A DNA stretch of 62,089 nt, taken from Octopus bimaculoides. Lineage: Eukaryota. The translations under genes were made by a program, and so were the position numbers. The notes beneath the pieces were generated by a model that was not told where the DNA came from, searched no databases, and saw nothing but the letters and a program-made list of their open reading frames with translations. This document shows positions 1 through 12,559 of the stretch, piece after piece; position 1 is the first letter of the stretch, and each line of letters opens with the position of its first letter. The stretch spans positions 34,666,786 through 34,728,874 of the forward strand of contig NC_068984.1 in assembly GCF_001194135.2 (NCBI RefSeq), given 5' to 3'.

Positions 1-130
1 CGTATTCTTTCTGTTGAAGAGCGTAGCTCGAAACGTCAAAGACTTTCCGTATTCCCGAGCGTCATACTAATATATACTTTTGTTATTTACACCACCTGTC
101 CTCGTCTGTTGTTATTATTTGTATATTCTC

Positions 131-132
<2 letters not shown>
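1..132 (+). mobile_element. Penelope-type terminal-repeat fragment with a minimal hammerhead-like motif, followed by (TA)n
   Basis: tcttt-CTGTTGA-a-gag-cgtag-ctc-GAAAC-GTC-aaaga at 6-42. A related copy (gagcgtaggctcgaaacgtaaaagactttc) lies at 41803-41840 with a similar downstream sequence. The element is truncated by the window edge. Confidence 0.55.
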
Positions 133-171
<39 letters not shown>

Positions 172-1132
172 ACCGATTTCGCCCACTGCATGCAGCTATA
201 TCATTTGACGTGTTGGCCAAATTTTCAAACGCCGAAATATACGACATCAAATCTACATGAACTGTATCATTTATGCAAAGCTGTATTCGGTTACTAATAC
301 AAAATTATTCTTAAAATTTGGCGAAATTTTTCGTAAAATTTACTAAAACATGAATAAATTGATATTTGAAAGTTACATTTTATTGTGACTTAACCTTGTA
401 GTGTCTCGTATTTCCACACCAATAATGTCAAAAGAGTGAAACATATTGATATTGTTCTGATAATTTTATTATATTAAACAAGACAAATTTCGTCTTATAT
501 TCAATTATGAAACCACTTCTTGAATAAATTCTTTATCGTATATACACTTAGTAAAACCATACTATTCAATTATACTCTGATTATACGTTATCTTAGTCTC
601 TGATTATAGACAATATTAACCCCGATGTAAGATGGTGTGTTGGGACTTGTGGCTACCACACTCTCGTACCACACATTAGCTTTCTTCTTTATCTCATCTT
701 ATTTTCATTTAGGATGCCACGACGCCACTGATAAATTCACTGGGAAATACACACCAAATATAGAGTTTCTCACAATATTTGACCACCTTGAAATCACACA
801 CCCACAGTCCTGGAGTCACCTTCCCTGGTCCTTTCACCTTCGTTTAGACATTTTTCTCCTTCTCCTCCTACTACCGTGCCTTAACCCTTCCTTTTTATGC
901 TACAATCTTACCATGTTTTTTTATTAATGTTAAGTGATATTCCGTTTACCCTCCACCTGAATGTCTTTTCCGTTTGTCTATATATTTCTTAAGTTGAGAC
1001 TTCTTACATAGCACCAACTCACTCATACATTTCTCTTTGTTTTCGTCCCTACATTACCACATCCTTCTCCTCCCTTTCTCTCTCCACTCACACTCTTTGG
1101 AATAATACTACAAGCAACAAATCTATATACAT

Positions 1133-1248
1133 AGTGCTTCCTGATGCGATCAGTGGGTGTCATGTTGCATATTAGATATTGCTGCCGTGCCGTAACAACG
1201 CTGTGAAATTTCAAAGCAGCTATAAGCTATGAAACACTGGGTAATAAA
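1133..1248. repeat. 116-bp dispersed repeat, copy 1 (copy 2 at 2332-2447)
   Basis: Ungapped alignment to 2332-2447 with about 16 mismatches in 116 nt. Confidence 0.85.
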
Positions 1249-1257
1249 TGAAATGAC

Positions 1258-1568
1258 GTGGGAGCACATGGCCTAATGTTTAGAGAATGGAACTCGCAGT
1301 CGAGGGAATGCTGGTTCGAATCGCAGTCCGGGCGATGTGTGTGTTTATGAGTGAAACATCTAAGCTCTACGCGGTTCCCGCAGATAGTAATGGCTAACTT
1401 CTGCTGACTCTTTCGCCACAAATTTTTCTCACTCTTTACTCCTGCATCTAGCAGCTCACCAGTGACGGACCGGTGTCCCCTCCAGGTGGGGAACCTATAC
1501 GCCAACAAGACCGGGAAACCCGCTCTTATGAGCTAGGCATGGCTCGAGAAGGAACAAACAATAAATAA
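1258..1568 (+). mobile_element. tRNA-derived SINE (head type A, tail type X)
   Basis: A-box-like tggcctaatgt and B-box ggttcgaatc. The tail gtcccctccaggtggggaa...ccgggaaac...ggctcgagaaggaa is shared with the 28164 copy. Ends in an A-rich tail. Confidence 0.8.
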
Positions 1569-2057
1569 AATGACAATCATCCTTGAGACATAGTTTGGGT
1601 GGTAGAGAAATGTCAACAGACATGTGTCAAGAAATTCCCATACAACTATATATCTCGAAAACGGAGAGCTAGTCTAAGGGTAACATAAATATATTATCAG
1701 TACACAAGAACTAAAATTAAGTACAAAAGGATTTTCGTGTTTTATAAATCTACTCGATACAGGCAACTGACACTGCATTGAATTACAGTAATGTATCATC
1801 TAATTACTAAAGTCGGTTAATTAGATACTAGGGTTAATTGCATAATTATTTCAATCTCGGGAGCTATGTAATTAAGATGATTCCATATCTATGTGCATAA
1901 CCATTATTTTAGATTGATTGATAGATGGATGGGTGAATGGAAGCAAATATGTATGTGTGTATGAACTTTCTAGAGTAAACGTTACATATATTTTCGTTTT
2001 CCAAAACTGTAGGAATTTGCGTCAATCCTGTTGTGATCTTATCGTGCAAAAGATTAA

Positions 2058-2104
<47 letters not shown>

Positions 2105-2331
2105 AGCATGCGTGTGTGTGTATGAGCATGCGTGTGTGTGCATGTGTATAACTTGAGTCAATGTGGAAGAGTGAGTACAACGAACAATTAGGTATATAAG
2201 ACTGTTAGGTTGATCGGTCTAGAAACCGAACAGTTTCCATACGCGCAAATTTGTCAATCGTATTTCTTCAAGTGGCTATTGTGGGAGACATTATATTCTA
2301 CTTGGACAATCATATTTCTATCGAGCGGCAG

Positions 2332-2447
2332 AGTGCTTCCTAATGCGATCCGTGGGTGTCAGGTCTCATATTGGATATTACTGCTGTTCTGTAACAAGGC
2401 TGATAAATTTCAAAGCAGCTATAAGCTGTGAAACACCGAGTAATAAA
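2332..2447. repeat. 116-bp dispersed repeat, copy 2
   Basis: Direct repeat of 1133-1248. Confidence 0.85.
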
Positions 2448-2747
2448 CTTGTAGATTATTTCATTCCTGTCATTCATTGAACTAGGAATTAATTTCTCGC
2501 CAATTGACTCCTTTAAGTGTGAGTGGCATATATAGTTGCATAGCTAGAGACAGTTACGTTTAGCTTAAGAAGCTAAGAATGGAAATTAATTTTGTTAAGC
2601 AGCATCTGTGTATGTTATTTATTAGCTACAATTCTTACAAGAGACTAGTTACCTTTAGCCGATGGTTCTATGGATAAGGATGTCAGGCTCATTGTATTAA
2701 ATTTAATTAAATTGTGTTCAAATAGTTTTATGGTACACTTGTACGTA

Positions 2748-3105
2748 TACTCTTTTACTCTTTTACTTGTTTCAGTCATTTGACTGTGGCCATGCTGGAG
2801 CACCACCTTTAGTCGAGCAAATCGACCCCAGGATTTATTCTTTGTAAGCCTAGTACTTATTCTATCGGTTCTTTTGCCGAACCGCTAAGTTACGGGGACA
2901 TAATCACACCAGCATCGGTTGTCAAGCGATGTTGGGGGGACAAACACAGACGCACAAACATGCACACGCTCATACATATATATATATATATATATATACA
3001 TATATACCACGGGCTTCTTTCAGTTTCCATCTACCAAATCCACTCACAAGGCTTTGGTCGGCCCGAGGCTATAGTAGAAGGCACTTGCCCAAGGTGCCAC
3101 ACAGC
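2748..3105 (-). mobile_element. Abundant octopus-type tRNA/CORE-like SINE with internal (CA)/(TA) microsatellite, head partly deleted
   Basis: Reverse complement of the family also seen at 21017, 29145, 35067 and 60181 (cttgggcaagtg..ttctactatagcc..gggccgacc; ...aaatgactgaaacaagtaaaagag tail). Confidence 0.9.
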
Positions 3106-4244
3106 CGCACATTGCATAGTTATTATTTACCGCCGAGTGCAGTTTTCCTCTCATGCTTTCAGGGTCAATAAAATAAGGTTCCAGTTAAGCAGTTTGGTCG
3201 AATCTATCGACTTACACCTCCGCAAAAACTACTGGCCTTTAGACAAAATGAGAAAGAATTACTAGTTAATGAGGACTCTGTTAAGATTTACTGTAATCTT
3301 TAATTACGTCGATAAATCTCTATTCAACAGGCAAACGCTCCATCGGGAAAATATATATATATGTAGAAATAGATGTGCTCAATGTGTATGTATTTTACTG
3401 TTAGTACTACGGTTCTTATAGTTTAATTCCGTTAAACTCGTATCGTTGCGTGATCACAAAAGTCGTATGCAGACTGACAGAGGATACAGCGTAATATACA
3501 TAACCCATCAATAATTAGAGATGAGAACGTTTTAAAATTGATGATCATTTATTATATCACTTACACAAGTTTGAGTGTTGAGTAATAAAGTACATCGCAT
3601 TATAAATGCAATGCATAGATGCACTTTGGTAGTGCAGCATAGGTAATCAAAGCGTACAAATTTTTAGACAGAGTAAAAAAGTCGTAAAGGACAGAGAATG
3701 ATTGAATATTGTGACGAAATGTGCTGTTGGTGTAGGCTCAGAAAACAGGCATGGTGAAGCTGATAATATACATGTAAATATGAGTGCGTGTATGTGTGTG
3801 AATCCATAGATATGTACACAAACACACACTCAATCACACAAAGACACGCGCATGCGTACATACGCACACATTCACACACACATATAATCTTGTTAATTTT
3901 TCAGATTAACTGAAAATATGCACATGTAAACATTTTAGAACACATTATTGGCTCTGTGCATGTATACATGTTATTAAATTAAAACTATCCAAATTTATGC
4001 TACATGCAAAGATTCACCCGGAAATAGTCAGATGTGGCTCCAAAAATTTATTTTGGGTGAATAACTATGAGCGCTTGTGATTGTAACTTTATGTGCATGC
4101 GTTTGTTTATACATACGGCTGTCCGCTTTCTTGCGTACGTGTGTGTGTATGTGTGTGTGTTTCTGCCTTTGTTTGTGCATATGTGAGCGTGAGTGAGTGT
4201 GTATGTGTGTGTGTGTGTGTGTGTGAGTTTGTGTGTGTGTGTGT

Positions 4245-4289
<45 letters not shown>

Positions 4290-5342
4290 TGCGTTGGTGT
4301 GCTTGCTTCATATTTCATAATTCTCATTCACCCTTTATAGTCGCTTAGGTTAATGTCGCCTATTAAATTATCATCTGACAGTTATGTTGCAATATCAGTT
4401 ACACAACAGTTATTTAAAGGCAAATGTGCATTTATTCGAAATAATTTTCTTTCTATAAATGTCAGTGGGACTTAATATGCGAAGTTCATTAATCCCTTTT
4501 ACCCATCACCTTTAAGCGCGCAGCCATCCGTTATCTTCTTAAACCCACAGTGAAATATGTAATGAAAAACATAAAGCGGTTAGAGTGTTAGTTCTTTAAT
4601 TAGATTCTTCATACAATCTATGTTATTGGACGGTTTACTTTTATTAGTCTCTTCTACACTCTGTGTTCACTAAGGGTCAAGTAATATTAATTTCAAGAAC
4701 TGGCATAAGGCCAGAAATCACTTCAACATTGTGGACCCTTCACATGATACAAAACTAATTTTTGATTGGAATACATACACGCACGCACGCATACACATAC
4801 ACACACACATACATACGTATATACATACATACATACATATATATATATATACATAATAATATGAGTGTAAAATTAATCAATTGATTGATTGATTAATTAA
4901 TTGATTAATTTTACACTTGTATTATTATTGAAATAATAATTTACTACCTGATCGAAAATGCACGTTGGTATTGAGGATAAATATCTGTTCACATTCGGCT
5001 GTATATTTTAGTTATAACTAAATTTTAGTTATGCGAAGGCGCTTGATCGCGGACATATTTAATCCTAACACTCTCAAATTTATATTTCGAAATGCTGCAC
5101 TGAAGATGAGTAATTAGTAAGTAAATATAGCTTTAGTTTAATCTCGACACACATATGTAGCTAATCTGAGTCGTGTGAATTCGTTATTTTTTTTCTTTTT
5201 GCCAACGTAAAAAAGTGTTATTGTCTGGGAGACTTTTTTGATAGTAGATAAGGCATTTAACTACTATTTCTAAATTCGGTGCGTGGCGAAGAAATTAGTT
5301 GACCCCTGATTATAATAATGTTTATAATTATAGAATATTCTA

Positions 5343-5381
<39 letters not shown>

Positions 5382-5391
5382 NNNNNNNNNN

Positions 5392-5428
<37 letters not shown>

Positions 5429-5429
5429 A

Positions 5430-5650
5430 TTAAAACGGGTGGTTTATTAGCAATTAGAACCTAAAGACAAAACTAATAAAGGTCACAAAAGTGATTGAGG
5501 TTACTGACTACCCCCGCTTTTGATAAAAAATTGCGTTAAACAAAGTTAAAGCCACAAAGGCCCTGTTTAAAGGGAGGTATGTCCGTAGCGTATGTAGCTG
5601 GATTGCAATTTTTCCTCTAGGGTCTAATTGCTAATAAGCCACCCTTTTAA
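5430..5650. mobile_element. ~220-bp MITE with ~36-bp TIRs bounded by TTAA (Kolobok-like termini)
   Basis: Left ttaaaacgggtggtttattagcaattagaacctaaag is the reverse complement of right ctctagggtctaattgctaataagccacccttttaa, with a few mismatches. TTAA occurs at both outer ends and the inner termini are AA...TT. Confidence 0.7.
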
Positions 5651-6806
5651 TTTGTTGTTTACACTTATACCGTTTTGAAAATCAGCAGATTTGCTCAGTG
5701 GTTTTTCATATAATATTGACAAATGAAGTTGTGTTTAACCCTAGGCGTTAAGAGCCGCTGAGGAGAATTAAGGTGGTCTACACCAAACTTCGAAATCGCG
5801 ATATGGCTATATACGCTAGGGACGTATCAACCCCTTGTCAGTTATTCAGTATTGTGCTTTAATTGGTTTTGGAGTTAATTTAAAACTTATTTTCGCATAG
5901 GCAGTGCTAGTCAGCACCATCTGTCACTTTTGCAACCTATATTATATATACACATACGTTCATAGCTGGAAATGGCTAATGTGAGTCCAGCCTTAATGTA
6001 TGAACTGTTAACATTAAGGCAGGCGTTGATAGGATGTATTCCTGTACACAAATGTTTCATATAAATTTCCTTATATTTTACACTCGCATACATACACACA
6101 CGTAAGCACAAGTGGTTTAGCACCATGCTTAACTCCGTTTCATTTCGATTGCTATCTATAGACGGAGGAATCTGGTAGAAGTAGTTCCTAATGGTACCAC
6201 CGTTGATACGGCGTTCATGAAATATTGCTATTTGGATTTCTAGTGTTTGCATCTACGGTGACTGTTGGTAAGAATCAATATGCCTAAATATCTAATTTAA
6301 AGACTTCATTAAATGGTATCTATTCAAATTTGTTCTAAATATGGGACCTATTAATTAACTTGTTTTCTTAGTTTTTAAATTTGAAATGAAAGCCTAGACA
6401 ACTTCATCACCATTATTGATAAAATATTTATTCAGAAATAATAACTGAAGGGTGACTGAATAATAAAAACAATACGTAAAATCTTAATGATATTATAATA
6501 AAAATCATAATCACATCTCCTGTTTTGTTTACTGATACTCTAATCCTTCTCTTTTCATTCTCTTTATTTTTTAGTATTCATTGCTCATCATCTGTTATGA
6601 AGTATCACTACCCACTTTCACTTCATATTTAACTTCATCGTTTTCTTTAATAATTCATTTACTATAACATATTTTCATTTTCAGATTCCCTCCCATAGCC
6701 TCTATTTTCTCTTCTCGTTCAGCCCTTATCTACCTTCACCACACGTTCTCTCTCGCTTACTTTTCATGACAATATCTATATCTCTATACTTTGCCTACTC
6801 CTCTCC

Positions 6807-6809
<3 letters not shown>

Positions 6810-6856
<47 letters not shown>

Positions 6857-6870
6857 TCTCTCTCTCTCAC
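6810..6870. repeat. (CT)n microsatellite
   Basis: Direct read. Confidence 0.95.
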
Positions 6871-7345
6871 TCACTGCATTAAACTATTCTTTGTGGGATT
6901 CTGCAATCGCTTACTTCCTGAAAGTGTTTGCTACGTTAGTTTATATCATTCTCCTGCGAATCTACGCTCTCATGTAGCTTTTTGTTTTCTTCCTTGACGA
7001 CACTTTTGTTCATTTTCCTTTTCTCTCACCTCTAACATGAAAATTATTCCATTTTATTATCCATCAATTGCCCAGACGTAAACACTGTCATGCACCTAGA
7101 CGCACACATGCATATGCAAATCCTTGAAAATAAAACATTAACATACACATTCAAATACAAAGAACCTATTCATCATTATCCTACATAAAATGAGACAACG
7201 TATAAATGTATAGGGCTGGAGTAAACCAAAAGGCAATTGATTAGAAGTTTTAATTATCTCTGTCAATAACCTGGAATTAATAAAAGCACGTGAATATTTC
7301 GCCTTTATTCCATTTATAAAAGAATCATATAGTGTAAAAGAATTA

Positions 7346-7347
7346 TA

Positions 7348-7402
<55 letters not shown>

Positions 7403-7419
7403 GTCATTACTTTTACTTG

Positions 7420-7452
<33 letters not shown>

Positions 7453-7456
7453 TATT
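7346..7456. repeat. Compound (ATT)n and (ATC)n microsatellite
   Basis: Direct read; it explains the poly-M/I/S ORFs in the track. Confidence 0.95.
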
Positions 7457-8589
7457 TTATAAAAACTGTTATTGGTGTTATTATCGTTATAATTATTATT
7501 ATCACAAGCATTATTACTATTGGCATGTTAACTACAGTGGTTCACATAATTACTCAATAAAAATAGAAAACGCGTGGATGATGGTTCTGTTCAAGTAAGA
7601 ATTGCGGAAAACAATGAGATACTGCCGCATTATAAGTTGGCTATCAGAGGAAATAGTAATATCAACAATACAGATTACATAGTGACATTATGTGTTAGGG
7701 AAAATTTAACAAAATTAAATAAGAATCGATAGAAAAGTGTGATTCAATGCAGAAGGCAAAAAGGCAAAATATTTAGTTATTTTAATATTGTCTAAAATTG
7801 ATTAGCATACGTCCCTTTATGAGTTTCTGTTCAACAACACTAAATATGTATTTAAGATACGGTATTGCATAAATCCTAATGCTTATTTGGACGACAAACT
7901 CAAAGTAGTCGATAAAGACTGTAACATGTAGAGAAGAAACAAAACTCTATGAATATTCAAGTCACAATATTTGTTTACATAGGTATGTTACTCTTCTGTG
8001 TTTGGTTTACGTCACTTCAAACAATATCTAGAGAAAAACTTGATCTTCTAAAAATGGAGAAAGAATTAGTTAAATATAAATTAAAGTAGATTAAAAAAAC
8101 AAATTGGCTAACACAGTGTAGGCTGCTGTAATTCTGACAAACAGAAAAACAAATAAGGAGGGAGAGGTCATGGATTTAACACATGAACGATGGTGTCTGA
8201 TGGATTGTTCTGGAAATAAAATAACCACCAGCAGCACATAAGATGTGAGGGTGTGTGAAAGAAGCAAAAGAAATTCTTAAATCCCTTATAAAATCACTAT
8301 GCCTTAAGGAGGAAAGGTAAAATATTCCCTACATACTGACTTATTCAAATAACAAAGTCACTTAAATAAGTATATTATAGGATCATGAGAGACATAAGGA
8401 CTAACGTTTATATATTTTTTCCAAATAAATTCCTTTATTCTCTGGGTATTCTTACATTTAATCTGAAGTCTTTAAAAATACACTTGTAACTTCCTCTAAA
8501 ATAACTTAAACAGATTCAGTAAATGTCAAAAAGGCTTGGGAACTTCAGGGGAACAGTTCTGGCTCGGCAAGTGTCTCAGCATATCACAA

Positions 8590-9120
8590 GCTGGACCCGG
8601 TTGTCATCCTGCCACTGTGGTCAAACAATCTTTAAGAAAAATATAATAATAAACATCCTTTGAATTTCGGTTGTTGGAATGTGAGCACACTTCTTCATAA
8701 TTTCAACAAGAGGCTAGAAAGGTGTACTGCACTTATAGCATGTGAGCTCAAGAAATATTCCCTTGGTATAGTTGCGCTCTCTGAAACTCGTCTCTCTGGT
8801 GATAGTCAAGTAAATGAACCTACTTATGGATATACTATCTTTTGGAGAGGCCTACTTAAGTCTCAACGTTTACTTTCAAGAATATATTAGTATGGAAATC
8901 GAACCTCCACCAACTATTCTGACAATATGTCGCTGCACATTTTCGAATGCAGTGTATGCCATAAGGTTTGCAAATCCAACGGAGGCCTCAAAAAACATTT
9001 TAAGATCCGTTAAGAGCAGAAATCATCTGCAGGTATTAGTGGTCCAAATCAGAGGTGCAATCCATGTGGGTGCCTTTTCAGAACATTGTCTGGTTTAAAA
9101 AGCCACATCAGACGCCATGA
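8590..9120 (+). mobile_element. Internally deleted RTE-clade LINE: APE endonuclease N-terminus joined to C-terminal tandem C2H2 zinc fingers
   Basis: 8660-8860 reads NFGCWNVSTLL..RLERCTALIACELKKYSLGIVALSETRLSG..EPTYGYTIFWRG (APE motifs WNV, ALSETR, GYT-FW-G). 8942-9118 reads FECSVCHKVCKSNGGLKKHFKIR*EQKSSAGISGPNQRCNPCGCLFRTLSGLKSHIRRH in one frame. There is no RT domain between them. Confidence 0.85.
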
Positions 9121-9226
9121 TGGTGCTAAGGTAGAGGTACAGGAGCTGGTCAAACTATGTATAAGGAGTAGACAACCACTATATGTATATATATTTGTAA
9201 ATGTATATACATATATATGTATATAC

Positions 9227-9311
<85 letters not shown>

Positions 9312-12300
9312 CACGGATGAATATCTGCGCGTATTCTCGAGGGTATGTTTGCCGATATTTATATATTGCATGTCACTGTCGAATAGAATGATGAGAATGC
9401 AAGCGAAATGAAGTATGTTTTAACTAAAAGTAATACATGGATTATCATACCCTGTATCTCATACCGTGTGTTTTATGAGATTACCGATTTAAGTGTCATT
9501 TGTAAGGAAAGAGTTTCAAGCTTGGAACAAAATACTATCGCAAATATTTGAATTGTAAACCACTTCATTTTTACTGTAAAACTGACACACTTATTTTGTT
9601 ATCTTTAAATTGTAAGAAAACATCGGTATCTTACTGACACGAAGCCCGTAAATTCAATGGTAAGAAAATGAATAATCAATAACAAGAAAGTAGTGTTCAA
9701 AAAGATATTAAACATAAATGCGGTAAACTAGATATAAAAGGCTATTAGTCAGAATGAAGCAAATGTAGATTATCGAACATAAAAGTAGGATGTTAGATGA
9801 GAGAGGGTATTGTATAGACAGATATGTTTTCCGTACTGATACATAGAATGTTATTGAATCAACACACAGCATTTTGTCTTTCCAGAACTGAATACTTCAT
9901 GGCGGCGAATTATCCGTATTGCTAAAGTTTTCAACATAATTCTTTGTAAGAGAATCAACTTTCCACACTCTGAGTTGAAAGTCCACTTTGAGCAAAGATC
10001 AGATTGGTGGTTTCCCATTTTCTTCATAGAGAATAATTATTGTAATTAATATGTCCATTGCGTTATGGGTGATCGTTTCTAGAGAATGCTCTTCTGCTCC
10101 TGCGTCAATATTACGAGTAGCATTTCATTTTGCCGAGGACACGAATACTGATTGGCAAAACGGACATCTTTAATTTCAAGCACACTTGCTGGGTCAAGTC
10201 AAATCTGTTATAACCTGTACGTATGCGCACGCACACACGCACATGTATAATTTGTCGATCACTGTTCTCGCTTTTTTTTCTCGCTGTGAATGTATAAGTA
10301 GTACAAAGAGATTGGAAGTGCACCATAAAATCGCAGTATTGCAAATCTTGTATTTTAGTTTGGACAGAAAGTAGTGTGGTATTGCGACGTGAATTAAACA
10401 CCAATATCAGCTTCTAGTAATCTATCTATGACATAGAAATGGCTATCCTATAGTTTGTTGCCCTTTAATCACTCCACATTCTTATAATCAAATAATTTAT
10501 GTACATTTTTTTCTACTTTGTCTTGATGATTCAGTTCAATACCACTTCTGATTTGCTAACGGTCCGATCAGCTGTAGAATATTTTTGAATTCATATATTT
10601 CTAGATCCAAAAGCCTTATTATAAAATGCAAATCACTCAGAGCATCTATAACTGTCATGCTATTTGGTAACCAGTACAGGTCTGATTGTCAAGAGTGGTG
10701 ATTCATGCATGTTCGGGTTGATTACTCTTTCTATCCGAAGCATAAGTAGGTTGACAATACATATGTTTTGACCATCCGTTAATAATCTAAGGCAGATTTG
10801 CTTGCTGTTTTAACACGTAGGTTTTTGCATAAAGAAAACGAGAAATGAGCCGCAACATCATTAGGATGAAATGAGTTCAGATTTCGTTTTACTATAAAGG
10901 TTTACGAAAATACCGCATAAAAGGAGCAGGGCATAGACCCGTACATTGATGTACAAGCATGAAAAAATAAGGATGAATAATCAATAATCATACCACAGTT
11001 TTCAAACGGGATGAGTATGAAGCGAAGACGGAGCTAATAGTATAAAGGGTTTTTCGACTTAGTTGGTATATAGTGGGACGCCTGAGTAAACAAAATTCCC
11101 ATCGTGGAACTGATATCTTAAAGATGCTGGAATGCAAAATGAAAACAATTTTGATTCATGTTTAGACTTCATAATTGCAAACGATTAGCAATATTAGAAT
11201 TCTTGCGAAAAACAAGTGTTGGTTGAGTACCATTCTACACGCACGCACAAAACACATATGTACACATATAGAGATAACCGTGTCTATGTGTTTGTTCGCG
11301 TGCGTACTTGTATATATGCGCATGTAAGTACGTATATATATATATGTATGTTATATATACACACACAAACAGTCATATATATATATATATATATANNNNN
11401 NNNNNNNNNNNNNNNNNNNNNNNNNNNNNNNNNNNNNNNNNNNNNNNNNNNNNNNNNNNNNNNNNNNNNNNNNNNNNNNNNNNNNNNNNNNNNNNNNNNN
11501 NNNNNNNNNNNNNNNNNNNNNNNNNNNNNNNNNNNNNNNNNNNNNNNNNNNNNNNNNNNNNNNNNNNNNNNNNNNNNNNNNNNNNNNNNNNNNNGATATA
11601 GACATATTTAGTCTATAGAATGAATTATAATTTATTTTTCTCGAGTTCATGCACACACAAATAAGATAAAATACAAACAGTAATAAACAGACTGCGAATG
11701 ATTTTATAAAAATCGATGTAGCTGTACTCGATGGCTGAAAAATCACTACAAACGTTATATTCCTGTTCTCATAGGTTGGTAGCTGTAATTTTTTTTGTTT
11801 GCACAATTTTTTCTTTATGTGTTTTGTTTGTTTACTATTTGTCTTTTCCAAACAGGAAACAGAAAACAGAGTTAGTGGTAAAAAAAAACAAACAAGCAAA
11901 CATATCAGAACCAGTAACAAGAGTAAAAACAAATTAGCTAAAACTATAAACAATAAAGGAATTAAAAAAAGATACAAATACAAACAGCAGCGGAGAAAAC
12001 AAAACAGGTTCATGATGATGATAAGAAAAATATTGATAACAATGATAACAATATTGAAAAGAACATTGAAAATAATAAAGAAAATCCGAAATTGATGTCC
12101 CACACGTTTTATTATTCCACTTCACTTAATTCTGTCAGATCAGGAGCAACGTTTCGTTTGACAGGTAGTATAAGCGCGAAAATTTCTTGCTCATCAGACG
12201 AAGACATTTCACACTGGGACACATATACATAAAAGCAACCTTAGAAACGTATATACACATACTCATAAATAGAAGCAAAAGCTTATGTAGATTTACTGTT

Positions 12301-12327
12301 GTGTGCGTGCGTGTGTCTGTGTGTGTA

Positions 12328-12379
<52 letters not shown>

Positions 12380-12479
12380 TGCAAACGTATGGGAGTATAA
12401 GTATTTATACACACACATAAATCTGATAACGGAAGCAATCGCTAAAAGGGTATAAAAAATGTTAATAAAAATATATATG

Positions 12480-12517
<38 letters not shown>

Positions 12518-12559
12518 CTAAATATCATCACTAGTGTCTAAAAAGAAACACCTGTATTG

